Below are positions 53,401-59,879 of a stretch of 59,879 nt of DNA, piece by piece. This stretch comes from a virus: positions 1-59,879 of the IMG/VR virus record IMGVR_UViG_3300045988_119195. One strand, 5' to 3'. Under the pieces are notes generated by a model. That model saw nothing but the letters and a program-made list of their open reading frames with translations, was not told the origin of the DNA and did no database searches. The position numbers were made by a program, and so were the translations under genes. Positions within the stretch are counted from its first letter, which is position 1. The number at the start of each line of letters is the position of its first letter.

Positions 53401-55928
53401 GACTCACCACTCAATCGGTTGATGCCTCGTACAATACCGTCGAAAATTGCTTCGACAAGCTCGAATACGATGAAGGCTTTGAACAAACCAAATGCAATTT
53501 TCGCAGCAGACGCAAGCACACCAATCAGACGGCTAATCGGTGCAACAAGCAGACCCAAGCGACCACCAGCAGCAGCTGCACCACCCAAACCTGTACCAAC
53601 AGACGGAGCTACTTTTGCGATAAGACCCATCTTAACGGCGAAGTTTGTAATAGCCGCGCCAGCAGTCTTCAGGCCAAGACCGAACGTGCGCATTGTCGCG
53701 GCCAGTGATACGAACATCTGAGCCGCACCAATGGCCAGTAATGCGCCGAATGCAATCACTAATTCGTTGGCGTGTTTAACCGCCCAGCGCAGCGCGTCGA
53801 TAGCAACATTCAGCGCAGTCGCAATAGCCTCAGCCCATTGTTTAGCTTCGTCCGAACGGAAGAAGTCACGGACTTCACGCAGCAAAGCGGTGAAATTATC
53901 CATAACGCCAGCATCTGCGATGATACGAATCCAGTCTTTAAACGCGTTGTTCAGGCGTGACTGTTCAGCAACGAGAGACTTCTGAGTTTTCTCGATGTTT
54001 GAGCCGTAAGTTTGTTCAATCAGAGCGGCAACTTTTGGCAATACATCGGCGGCTAGAACTTTGCCGTCCTTCATCATGGTCATCAGTTCGGCATTGCTCA
54101 CGCCCAATGCTTTGGCAAACAGGTTTGTCGCAGCAGGTAAGCGGTCAGCCAATTGACCTTTCAACTCCTCGGCCTGAACGGTTGTTTTAGACAACATTTG
54201 CTCAAGGGCTTTATAGATGCCAGATTGAGTTTCGGCATCTGCGCCCATCAATTGACCGAAGCCAGAGAACTGCTCGAAGATGTATTTCACGGTATTAGAG
54301 TCGAGTTTGGCCTCTTTACCAGCTACGAACAGTTTGGCCGAATCCTGAATAATCGTACCCAGTTCCAAACCCATGCGTTCGGCGGTATCGCGGAAATACT
54401 TCTCCAATTCACCTGCGGTTGTATCCCAGTTGTCAGCCAGCACTTCAGCACGAATCTTCAGCGTAACGCCTTCCTGACCGTCCTTGACGACTTTATCGAG
54501 TGCCAGATACAGGCCACCTAGAGCCGCGCTGAGAGCCAGCACTTTACCGCGTGCCTGTTGCAAGAACACCAGAATGCCCTGTTTACCCTGCAACCAGCGG
54601 TCGAACGCATCGGCTGTTGATTCGGTAGAGTCTGACAGATTCTTGATTTGAGAATCCAGAGCTTTCGACGCAGCGGCGGTACGCGCAGCGTTTGCCGCCA
54701 GACGTTGTTCGGCCTTCGTGAGTTTATCGACGTTAACGCCAGCCTCGCCAAGAATGCGTGCAGTTTGTTCAACCGCAACTTTTTGACGTGCGAAGGCCGC
54801 GCCAGATTGATTTAATTGGGCTACCAACTGGCGCAGTTTGGCAATCTCTTGGGTTGTCGCGTTACCGCTGGCAACTTTTGAATTCAGTTTGGCATGTTCG
54901 GCGCGAGTTGTTTCATAGGCTGTGCGCAGCTTCGCTAATTCAGCAGATTGTTTGCGATATAGGTCGATATTACCAGCTACGACTTTGAGCTTCTCTTGAG
55001 CAGCACGCAGCTTATCCATGGCATCGCTCAACGCTTTCACGTCGGTTGCGGACTTACGCATTGTGGTGCTTGCGTTTCGTACAGACGTAGTAATATCAGC
55101 CATCGCGTTTTTATGGTCATGTGATGGATTGAGTGCTCTACCAACTGCGTCTGAAACTGACGGCTGTTGCGCAGCACGCGCTTCGGCAATTTGTTGAGCA
55201 ATAGATACGCGTTGAGCGTTGATTTGATTGCGTTGGCTTTGTACGTTACGACGGCGTGCTGCTTCAGCAGCGGCTTGTTGCTGCGCCAGTTTCAAGGCTT
55301 CTTGTTGCAGGCGAATCTGTTCTTGCAGTTCTTTGCGTCGGTCAGCCGAGCGTGAGGTTATCTCGTTCTGGCGTTGCAGAGCAGCCTGCGCATTACGCAT
55401 GTCGATGATGGTTTGCAACGTGCGCTCATAGGTCTTTGTCAGACCTTCCTGAGCGCGTTGGATGTTGTTTGTTGCCAAGCCGTGCGCTTCAGCCTCAAGA
55501 CGTTGACGCTCATAAGCATCAGCCTGTTTCTTAGCGGCCTCAGCGGCTTTGATTTGAATAGCTTCCAATCGTGCCAGTTTATCGGCTTGTGCTTTGGTCG
55601 GCACGCCGAGGGAACTGATTTTGTTGGCAAAGTCGTCATACGCGTCGCTGGCATCTTTAGCGCGTTCCGCACTTGATGCCACGTTGTCGGCGAGTTTTGA
55701 CAACTTACCGAGCATGGTTTGCAGTTCAGTAAGTTTTGACGCTGCGGAAGCCAAACCCTTCAAGCTGGCTTCATAGGCTTTAAAGTCGGCCTTACCTTTC
55801 GAAGCCGACTTTGCCTGTTCGTTCAGGTCGTCTTTAAGACCTTTGATGTTTTTGCGCACATCGTTAATTGTTTTACCACTGTAATCCTGTGCGCGGATTT
55901 CTAATTCAACTGAGCGATTTTCAGCCAT
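50421..55928 (-). CDS. Tape measure protein with embedded CHAP/NlpC-P60-like peptidase domain
   Basis: 1835 aa, long coiled coils, central hydrophobic G/A-rich segment. QCATYVKR...GDVVSW...GHTSIY (Cys/His) domain encoded near 52200-52600. Confidence 0.85.
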   Translation of the reverse strand: MAENRSVELEIRAQDYSGKTINDVRKNIKGLKDDLNEQAKSASKGKADFKAYEASLKGLASAASKLTELQTMLGKLSKLADNVASSAERAKDASDAYDDFANKISSLGVPTKAQADKLARLEAIQIKAAEAAKKQADAYERQRLEAEAHGLATNNIQRAQEGLTKTYERTLQTIIDMRNAQAALQRQNEITSRSADRRKELQEQIRLQQEALKLAQQQAAAEAARRRNVQSQRNQINAQRVSIAQQIAEARAAQQPSVSDAVGRALNPSHDHKNAMADITTSVRNASTTMRKSATDVKALSDAMDKLRAAQEKLKVVAGNIDLYRKQSAELAKLRTAYETTRAEHAKLNSKVASGNATTQEIAKLRQLVAQLNQSGAAFARQKVAVEQTARILGEAGVNVDKLTKAEQRLAANAARTAAASKALDSQIKNLSDSTESTADAFDRWLQGKQGILVFLQQARGKVLALSAALGGLYLALDKVVKDGQEGVTLKIRAEVLADNWDTTAGELEKYFRDTAERMGLELGTIIQDSAKLFVAGKEAKLDSNTVKYIFEQFSGFGQLMGADAETQSGIYKALEQMLSKTTVQAEELKGQLADRLPAATNLFAKALGVSNAELMTMMKDGKVLAADVLPKVAALIEQTYGSNIEKTQKSLVAEQSRLNNAFKDWIRIIADAGVMDNFTALLREVRDFFRSDEAKQWAEAIATALNVAIDALRWAVKHANELVIAFGALLAIGAAQMFVSLAATMRTFGLGLKTAGAAITNFAVKMGLIAKVAPSVGTGLGGAAAAGGRLGLLVAPISRLIGVLASAAKIAFGLFKAFIVFELVEAIFDGIVRGINRLSGESEDAVSGMQMLSDVLWLISEAFGLISEAIGVVIKGIGDLVADATEWIGSFFVDTAKESNKSAKEFESGWTGAIRYLARMIDALTAAFKTTFLYLGGLADYVIKKFKGIEAALPDADKISMDVSLEVNENGVEAKLNQRLEEMRKKVNETDNDITQKTALDAANRAAADAAKKAEEAKNLDEKVNKAREKAEQARQRAEEAALRRLEKELSYEKMIQKLIDYREGRLKDDPMKGYNNLGDWYLGERQKVKSKYAANDPYENYSSGGSTGTSSYAVDKRAAAAADLATKRAAATFTKQCATYVKRALAAVDPQAAPYIKGNGNVTAKNLLKYGKGWQQIPYSANYVPQKGDVVSWGAIKGHKYGHTSIYNGNEWVSDTKQGKYGIDAKTGASSRAYLAEMARNPNYKPTIVRLTGGNSVTITGSTGSVSHNAGNDNKVLEFYKAQEERWKQDKAVTKQQKDDDAAFDKADSLVEKVTESARDAIREMYKAMGVNGVEGLINRDPSTLSVDLSGSTLNEIIDGFKNIIQPDNDKQVKQMLEVLTLEYAQSKNVSRKEALAWSKQLEPQLAKYAELQAQKALGEQVDAFLDSLEKKRNDIEKERANSAEYLGSAVSRGVITIEEAQAKMSESTLKYVERMTDAIKKLDEIINSEAFSKLSPEQQTAILNQRERLGAEQSDQASNPRRQAANFAVDSMAKRLDDFLQRKRQFEELQEQLVISGQQSITKMEENVQAYLNNIAPQMKELVANAQQIMAAFGDSASYANLTNLVTKIKDVGTETTHTKGEVELMKVTYETLSNGAMTAFDAMAQGLAGIATGAMSSREAFANLGQAMAQWAADALRQIAKLIVQQLISLAIQKAMSSFFGGASVQMPDISGFMQYANLFHTGGIVGGGKGGGKKLNPLVFQGAVRYHSGGIVGLAPDEVPAVLQKGEEVITKDDPRHRNNMSQNNSSGSPLTVINSFDPKEALKQALQSSGGRKILIQAAGRERKAFGRL

Positions 55929-56660
55929 AATGACCAGTTCCTATGTGATTCAGCATTTCTCGCAATGCCATGTTCAACTCTTTCAACGCGTCCTGTTTGA
56001 TGTCGGTATTGCTCGCGTCGAAAATCATTTTTGTCAGAGTTCCGTATAAAACAAAGTCCTGACGGCGACGTTCGCGTATTAACTCCGCCTCATTACGCAA
56101 CATTATAAGCGAATAAAGGCGAGCCTGCGAGTGTCCGTTTGCTAAACAGATACTCACATCTCGCCTTAGACTTAGCATAAATGATTCGAATGGATGATAC
56201 GGGTCTAGTTCGCCGTCGCCGCTTTCTCCGAAAGCATTTTCTGAATGGTTGGTTTGTCCAGAGCCGCCAGCAGTCTTTTTTTTAAATTGTCAGATTCGTT
56301 CATCGTCAGGTCGATGATTGCGATTACGAAGTCCATCTGTTTACCGATACCCATTTTGGTATCCCAGATTTCACCAGCGGTGAGTTCTTCGTCGCCAACG
56401 GTGTGTTTTTCACCCTTGTCGTTAATTGCCGACAAGAACGCAGCACGCGCCAAGTCTGGAGCATATTTGATAATGCTGTTGGCAACATCCATCAAGTCGT
56501 CAGAGCCTTTTGACTTAGCCATCACTTCGTCAAATGCTTCCATCAAGCGCACGCCGTTAGACTGCCATTGAGCAGACAGGTCAGCAAAATTCAAACCACG
56601 GACGGTCACGCCGTGCACTTCCTTTGTCGGGGATACCAGTCCCGAAAGATTCATTTTCAT
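55921..56660 (-). CDS. Tail assembly chaperone fusion (gpGT analog) made by -1 frameshift at A8 (56276-56283)
   Basis: TTA AAA AAA AGA in frame 0. I translated the -1 frame by hand and it is open from the slip site through ORF 55921..56178, which has no SD of its own. Confidence 0.65.
56205..56660 (-). CDS. Tail assembly chaperone (gpG analog)
   Basis: ATG 56660 with SD GAGGTAA, between the major tail and tape measure genes. Confidence 0.7.
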   Translation of the reverse strand: MKMNLSGLVSPTKEVHGVTVRGLNFADLSAQWQSNGVRLMEAFDEVMAKSKGSDDLMDVANSIIKYAPDLARAAFLSAINDKGEKHTVGDEELTAGEIWDTKMGIGKQMDFVIAIIDLTMNESDNLKKRLLAALDKPTIQKMLSEKAATAN

Positions 56661-56735
56661 TGTAGTTACCTCATATAAAAAAAACATGGCAAAGCGGAAT
56701 ATACCACTTTGCCATGTTTTACGCAACGTTAATGC

Positions 56736-57590
56736 TTATACCAAGCTAGTCGGTTGACCGTTGATGTACAACTTAGAGCCTACACCTTCAGCTTCAAGAG
56801 CAGTAATGTTGAAGGCCATACTAGACCAATCCTCACCGCCTTTCAACGCAAAATCGCCATTCGCAGACAAGCGAACTTTAGGCATCCAGTATTGACGGTT
56901 CTCGCCTTTGGCGTTACAGCCGCGGAACAAGAGTTCGCCAACGATAGATTGGCCTTTGGAGATGATGACCTCACGGGTTGCTTTTTTCAGGTCGTAAGTA
57001 ACCACAATCCAAGAACCTTCGGCTTTGATTTTATTGGTTGACGCAGTGTCACCAATCATCAGGAAACCTGTTTCTGGAGTGTATTCGAAGTCTACGCCTT
57101 CAACCAAGGTTGATTCCACTGGAGTACCTGCCTTGGCTTTGCTTTCGTCGGCAAACACTTCAATTTTAGTGATGGTTGCTGCGAATACGCCATTTGGGTT
57201 TTCTTTGCTTGTACCCAAGCGATAGCCCAGAGACGGGTATGCCTTCAAAGTATCTTTTTTGCCAGTGGCGGCAACTTGGGTTTGGTTGTTCACATCACCT
57301 GCGAAGAACATCGCCAAGTTCTCGGTATTGATGTTGTCCAGTGTAAAGCTGCCAGTCAGTTTGGAAGAGGTGATGATTTCTTCGTCAGTGGTGTTATAGC
57401 CACATTCGGAAGATTTGTGTTCCAAGGTTTCGTTTTCTTGAGTCAGGTTCAACTCTTTGGACGAACCCAAATAACGGAAACCCTTCGCATCGGCTTGGCG
57501 TTCAACGCCGTTGACGATTGGGAATTGGTTAAATTCAATACGGCCATTTGCCAATACCAAGGCTTTGGTCGCGCCGCGTGTAATAGCCAT
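56736..57590 (-). CDS. Major tail protein
   Basis: 284 aa ORF directly upstream of the chaperone pair. Position-based. Confidence 0.7.
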   Translation of the reverse strand: MAITRGATKALVLANGRIEFNQFPIVNGVERQADAKGFRYLGSSKELNLTQENETLEHKSSECGYNTTDEEIITSSKLTGSFTLDNINTENLAMFFAGDVNNQTQVAATGKKDTLKAYPSLGYRLGTSKENPNGVFAATITKIEVFADESKAKAGTPVESTLVEGVDFEYTPETGFLMIGDTASTNKIKAEGSWIVVTYDLKKATREVIISKGQSIVGELLFRGCNAKGENRQYWMPKVRLSANGDFALKGGEDWSSMAFNITALEAEGVGSKLYINGQPTSLV

Positions 57591-57617
57591 TTTGCTATCC
57601 TTTCTTTAGGTGATTAA

Positions 57618-58118
57618 TCAAAGTTCAGCATACGGGTTTGCGTTGTCATACGCGACGCTGAATGAGAAGTAGATATAAAAATACGATTTCGATTGTACCT
57701 CATCAGGAGGATTATGGCAAACAGGCGAATCATATTTAAAGTTGCTTACTAAGCCGCCGAGATTATACCACTCTTTGTACTTAGCACCGCCCATACGACC
57801 ACCGTCAATCGCATGAATCTTATTGAACGCCTGTTCGATTTTTGCGATTTGCTCATACGCTACGTCGATAGGGTGTTCGACATTCTCAACGTCAACATAA
57901 CCAGACAACAAGAAGTCAACGCGGTCATTGCGAATTGTCTTGCCTTCGTCTGCGCCAGTGTTGCTGTTACCAGCACGAATCGTTTCATTGATGATGATAC
58001 AAGGCAACGTAACGTCAGCACCGATGACCTGACGACCACGATACACGCGAACGCCTGTTTCCTGTTCAAGCAGAGCGCATAATTTTTTCAAAGCCGTTAG
58101 GCGAACATGTTCCTTCAT
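57618..58118 (-). CDS. Tail terminator (gpU position)
   Basis: Synteny with lambda Z-U-V. Confidence 0.55.
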   Translation of the reverse strand: MKEHVRLTALKKLCALLEQETGVRVYRGRQVIGADVTLPCIIINETIRAGNSNTGADEGKTIRNDRVDFLLSGYVDVENVEHPIDVAYEQIAKIEQAFNKIHAIDGGRMGGAKYKEWYNLGGLVSNFKYDSPVCHNPPDEVQSKSYFYIYFSFSVAYDNANPYAEL

Positions 58119-58726
58119 TATTTTTCCAATCTATTGAGTTGTCGTAAAAATTCAACTTCGAGGTACTTGGCAATCCGCGCCTGATTGCGCTTGGCCGTAT
58201 CCCACATCACTTGGTCTACCGACGGAGCATACAGCAACCACGCCCTCATGGATTTGATATAGCGACCGCCGCCGTGGGTAATACCGCTCGGCGGAGTTGC
58301 ACCACCACCTTTTGTTCGTGTCAGGATACCGATATTACCAGATTTCCCGAATTTGTGAACAAATGCGTGCTTCATCACCTTCGTCGAAGTCGGTTTAACC
58401 TTAACGCGAACACCGCTTGTTGTCTTGGACGGTAGCGTGTTCGGATTCGGGCGGAAGCGGTTCAGCATTGTCGGTTGGTCACGGGCGTAAATGGCCGCGA
58501 CGAGTGAACCTTTCGTCGCATATTTCGCAACGCCTGTTTTGTCAGGGTTGTTCAGATACGAGGCTTTCCAGTTGATTTGCTTACGCATATCTTGGCGCAC
58601 ACGAGATAGTGCTTCACGCTTGGCTGTCTGGTTAATAGCCAAGCGTGCTGCCTCAGCGGTTCTGTCTGGAAACGCTTTGAACATTTTCTCCAGTGATACC
58701 AGATTTTCCAAGTCAATCGTAATCAT
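58118..58726 (-). CDS. Tail completion protein, lambda gpZ-like
   Basis: ..AAEAARLAINQTAKREALS.VRQDMRK.. resembles lambda Z ..AAAMAINRVASSAISQSASQVARETK. Confidence 0.6.
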   Translation of the reverse strand: MITIDLENLVSLEKMFKAFPDRTAEAARLAINQTAKREALSRVRQDMRKQINWKASYLNNPDKTGVAKYATKGSLVAAIYARDQPTMLNRFRPNPNTLPSKTTSGVRVKVKPTSTKVMKHAFVHKFGKSGNIGILTRTKGGGATPPSGITHGGGRYIKSMRAWLLYAPSVDQVMWDTAKRNQARIAKYLEVEFLRQLNRLEK

Positions 58727-59072
58727 GATTCACTCGCTGCTGCAAATGAGTCGCCTGCCACTTCTCGATGTAAATACCGTCGTCATCTAGTCGCGTATTC
58801 AGCACATACTCCTTGCTGTCATACACGATTTTATCGCCGACGCTGAAACCAAGTGCACGGGCTTCACGAATCGTACACAGCACAACCACTGCACCATCAG
58901 AAAGTTCTGCAAAACCCTGATAGTCGATGTCGCCAGTCAGGTTAATCTTGGTGTGCACTCGAACGCGACAGTCGGAAACACGTCCACTTGCGGCTGAAAT
59001 ATGTTTCGAGGGAACACCCATCTCATGATGCAAGTCGGCACGTGCTTTTCGTTTTATATCAAGGAAGCTCAT
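58713..59072 (-). CDS. Head-tail joining protein (FII position)
   Basis: Synteny only. Confidence 0.45.
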   Translation of the reverse strand: MSFLDIKRKARADLHHEMGVPSKHISAASGRVSDCRVRVHTKINLTGDIDYQGFAELSDGAVVVLCTIREARALGFSVGDKIVYDSKEYVLNTRLDDDGIYIEKWQATHLQQRVNHDYD

Positions 59073-59075
59073 CCG

Positions 59076-59741
59076 TTACTCCACGACGTATGCTTGATAC
59101 CAGATACCTTTAACGTCAGGTGAGTAGTTCGTAGCGAATTTAAAACCTGTTGTCGTGATACCTGCCAAATATGCGAAACGCTGCGTTGATTCATTTTTCA
59201 AGTCCATAGTAACAATCACAAAAGGGACTTTTGAGAAAGTCTTAGTGAATGCAATCGGCACAAGGGTGTTATTCTCAAACTCACCAAGTGTTGCTTTTGG
59301 AATGTATTTGGCCTCAAATTCCTTAAAAGTCGTGCCACCTACTTTACCAGACCACAATTCATCTTCCAGTAGTGAAATGCGACGCTTGATTCCAGCGTCA
59401 TCATACGGTGCTGGCGGAGTACCGACCAATTTACCGATTTGCTCTTTGAAATTCATCTCAACTGTTTGGTCGTGGGTAGTATTACCAGATTCACCGATTT
59501 TGAAAATCAGCTTATTGCCGTCTGCGCTTGGAGTAACGGACTTCAAGTGTAAATCAGGAGTTTGCGCAGGAATCAACGGACGTAAATCCACTGTTTTTGT
59601 CTCAGTGCCAATTGTCGCACTGAGCATGCCATTCAAGAACTTAAAGCTACCGAAGGCTGCTTGTGTTGCTGGTGCTGATTGACCACCACTGTCGTTTTCC
59701 CAGTGTTTTCGAACTTGGTCATAAATGTCGATGTAACTCAT
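59076..59741 (-). CDS. Structural-module protein with C-terminal H-type-lectin-like domain
   Basis: C-terminal FTKTFSKVPFVIVTMDL.....QRFAYLAGITTTGFKFATN.....KGIWYQAYV fits the H_lectin pattern F...F...P.V......D...........V...GF..........V.W.A. Confidence 0.5.
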   Translation of the reverse strand: MSYIDIYDQVRKHWENDSGGQSAPATQAAFGSFKFLNGMLSATIGTETKTVDLRPLIPAQTPDLHLKSVTPSADGNKLIFKIGESGNTTHDQTVEMNFKEQIGKLVGTPPAPYDDAGIKRRISLLEDELWSGKVGGTTFKEFEAKYIPKATLGEFENNTLVPIAFTKTFSKVPFVIVTMDLKNESTQRFAYLAGITTTGFKFATNYSPDVKGIWYQAYVVE

Positions 59742-59753
59742 TTTATTTATTCC

Positions 59754-59794
59754 ATAAAAATAGGTTTCGTGCTAATTCTAACACGAAACCTATT
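59754..59794 (-). terminator. Intrinsic terminator after the capsid/FI-like genes
   Basis: 13-bp stem AATAGGTTTCGTG/CACGAAACCTATT followed by TTTTTAT on the minus strand. Confidence 0.8.
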
Positions 59795-59807
59795 TGCTAA
59801 GAAGATA

Positions 59808-59879
59808 TTACAATTCGTTAGCTTCGTCTTTGGATTCACCGTCTTTGGATTCACCGTCTTTGGATTCACCGTCTTTGGA
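59808..59879 (-). CDS. 3' end of the junction-spanning FI-position gene (see 1..328)
   Basis: ..SKDGESKDGESKDGESKDEANEL then TAA at 59808-59810. Confidence 0.6.
   Translation of the reverse strand, partial: SKDGESKDGESKDGESKDEANEL
59818..59879. repeat. 15-bp tandem repeat array, right-edge copy
   Basis: Three perfect units at 59835-59879, preceded by one degenerate unit. Confidence 0.9.

Noticed and set aside
1-59879. Lysogeny module, transposase, toxin-antitoxin or a recognisable defence / anti-defence system.
   Set aside because: No integrase or recombinase, CI/Cro-like pair, transposase or known defence motifs were recognised on reading the translated ORFs. Many small early ORFs remain unassigned, so absence is not proven.

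Overview
The window appears to be one complete, circularly permuted tailed-phage genome of about 59.8 kb (siphovirus-type). Bases 1-46 are identical to 59834-59879, and a minus-strand gene reads in frame across that junction.

Layout:
(1) 340-7789 (-): lambda-like packaging and head module (TerS, gpA-type TerL, gpW, gpB portal, S49 protease with nested scaffold, gpD-like decoration, gpE-like capsid).
(2) 7782-17508 (-): replication module (SNF2 helicase, VRR-NUC, family-B polymerase, DUF2815-like SSB, tRNA-Pro, Cas4-like exonuclease, primase/SF3 helicase).
(3) 17509-19119: an ORF-free, repeat-rich stretch of 1.6 kb.
(4) 19120-22701 (-): leftward early operon of small unknown genes, controlled by duplicated promoters and palindromic operators.
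(5) 22702-23329: divergent control region with 36-bp iterons.
(6) 23330-40781 (+): rightward operon split by three near-identical terminator-promoter cassettes. It carries nucleotide metabolism genes (dCMP-deaminase-like, dNMP kinase, ThyX, Dut, NrdB), an RdgC-like protein, a beta-helix depolymerase-like protein, a DEDDh exonuclease, a YadA-type trimeric autotransporter, an endolysin, spanins and an HU-like protein.
(7) 40859-59741 (-): tail module (J-like tip protein, RcGTA-g13-like hub, tape measure with a CHAP-like domain, G/GT chaperones with a -1 frameshift, major tail, gpU/gpZ/FII-like proteins).

No integrase, repressor, transposase or CRISPR array was seen.

Most notable observations:
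- a free-standing 36-codon ORF that mimics the redox C-terminal tail of class Ia RNR alpha (NrdA), in a genome that has only nrdB;
- a DUF1653-like gene with an in-frame TAG at the conserved Tyr position;
- two tandem 125-nt structured elements with a compensatory stem change, next to the tRNA;
- a secreted trimeric autotransporter adhesin with an atypical C-terminal extension;
- several operator and iteron arrays.

All family assignments come from motif recognition by eye and from memory. No database search was run.
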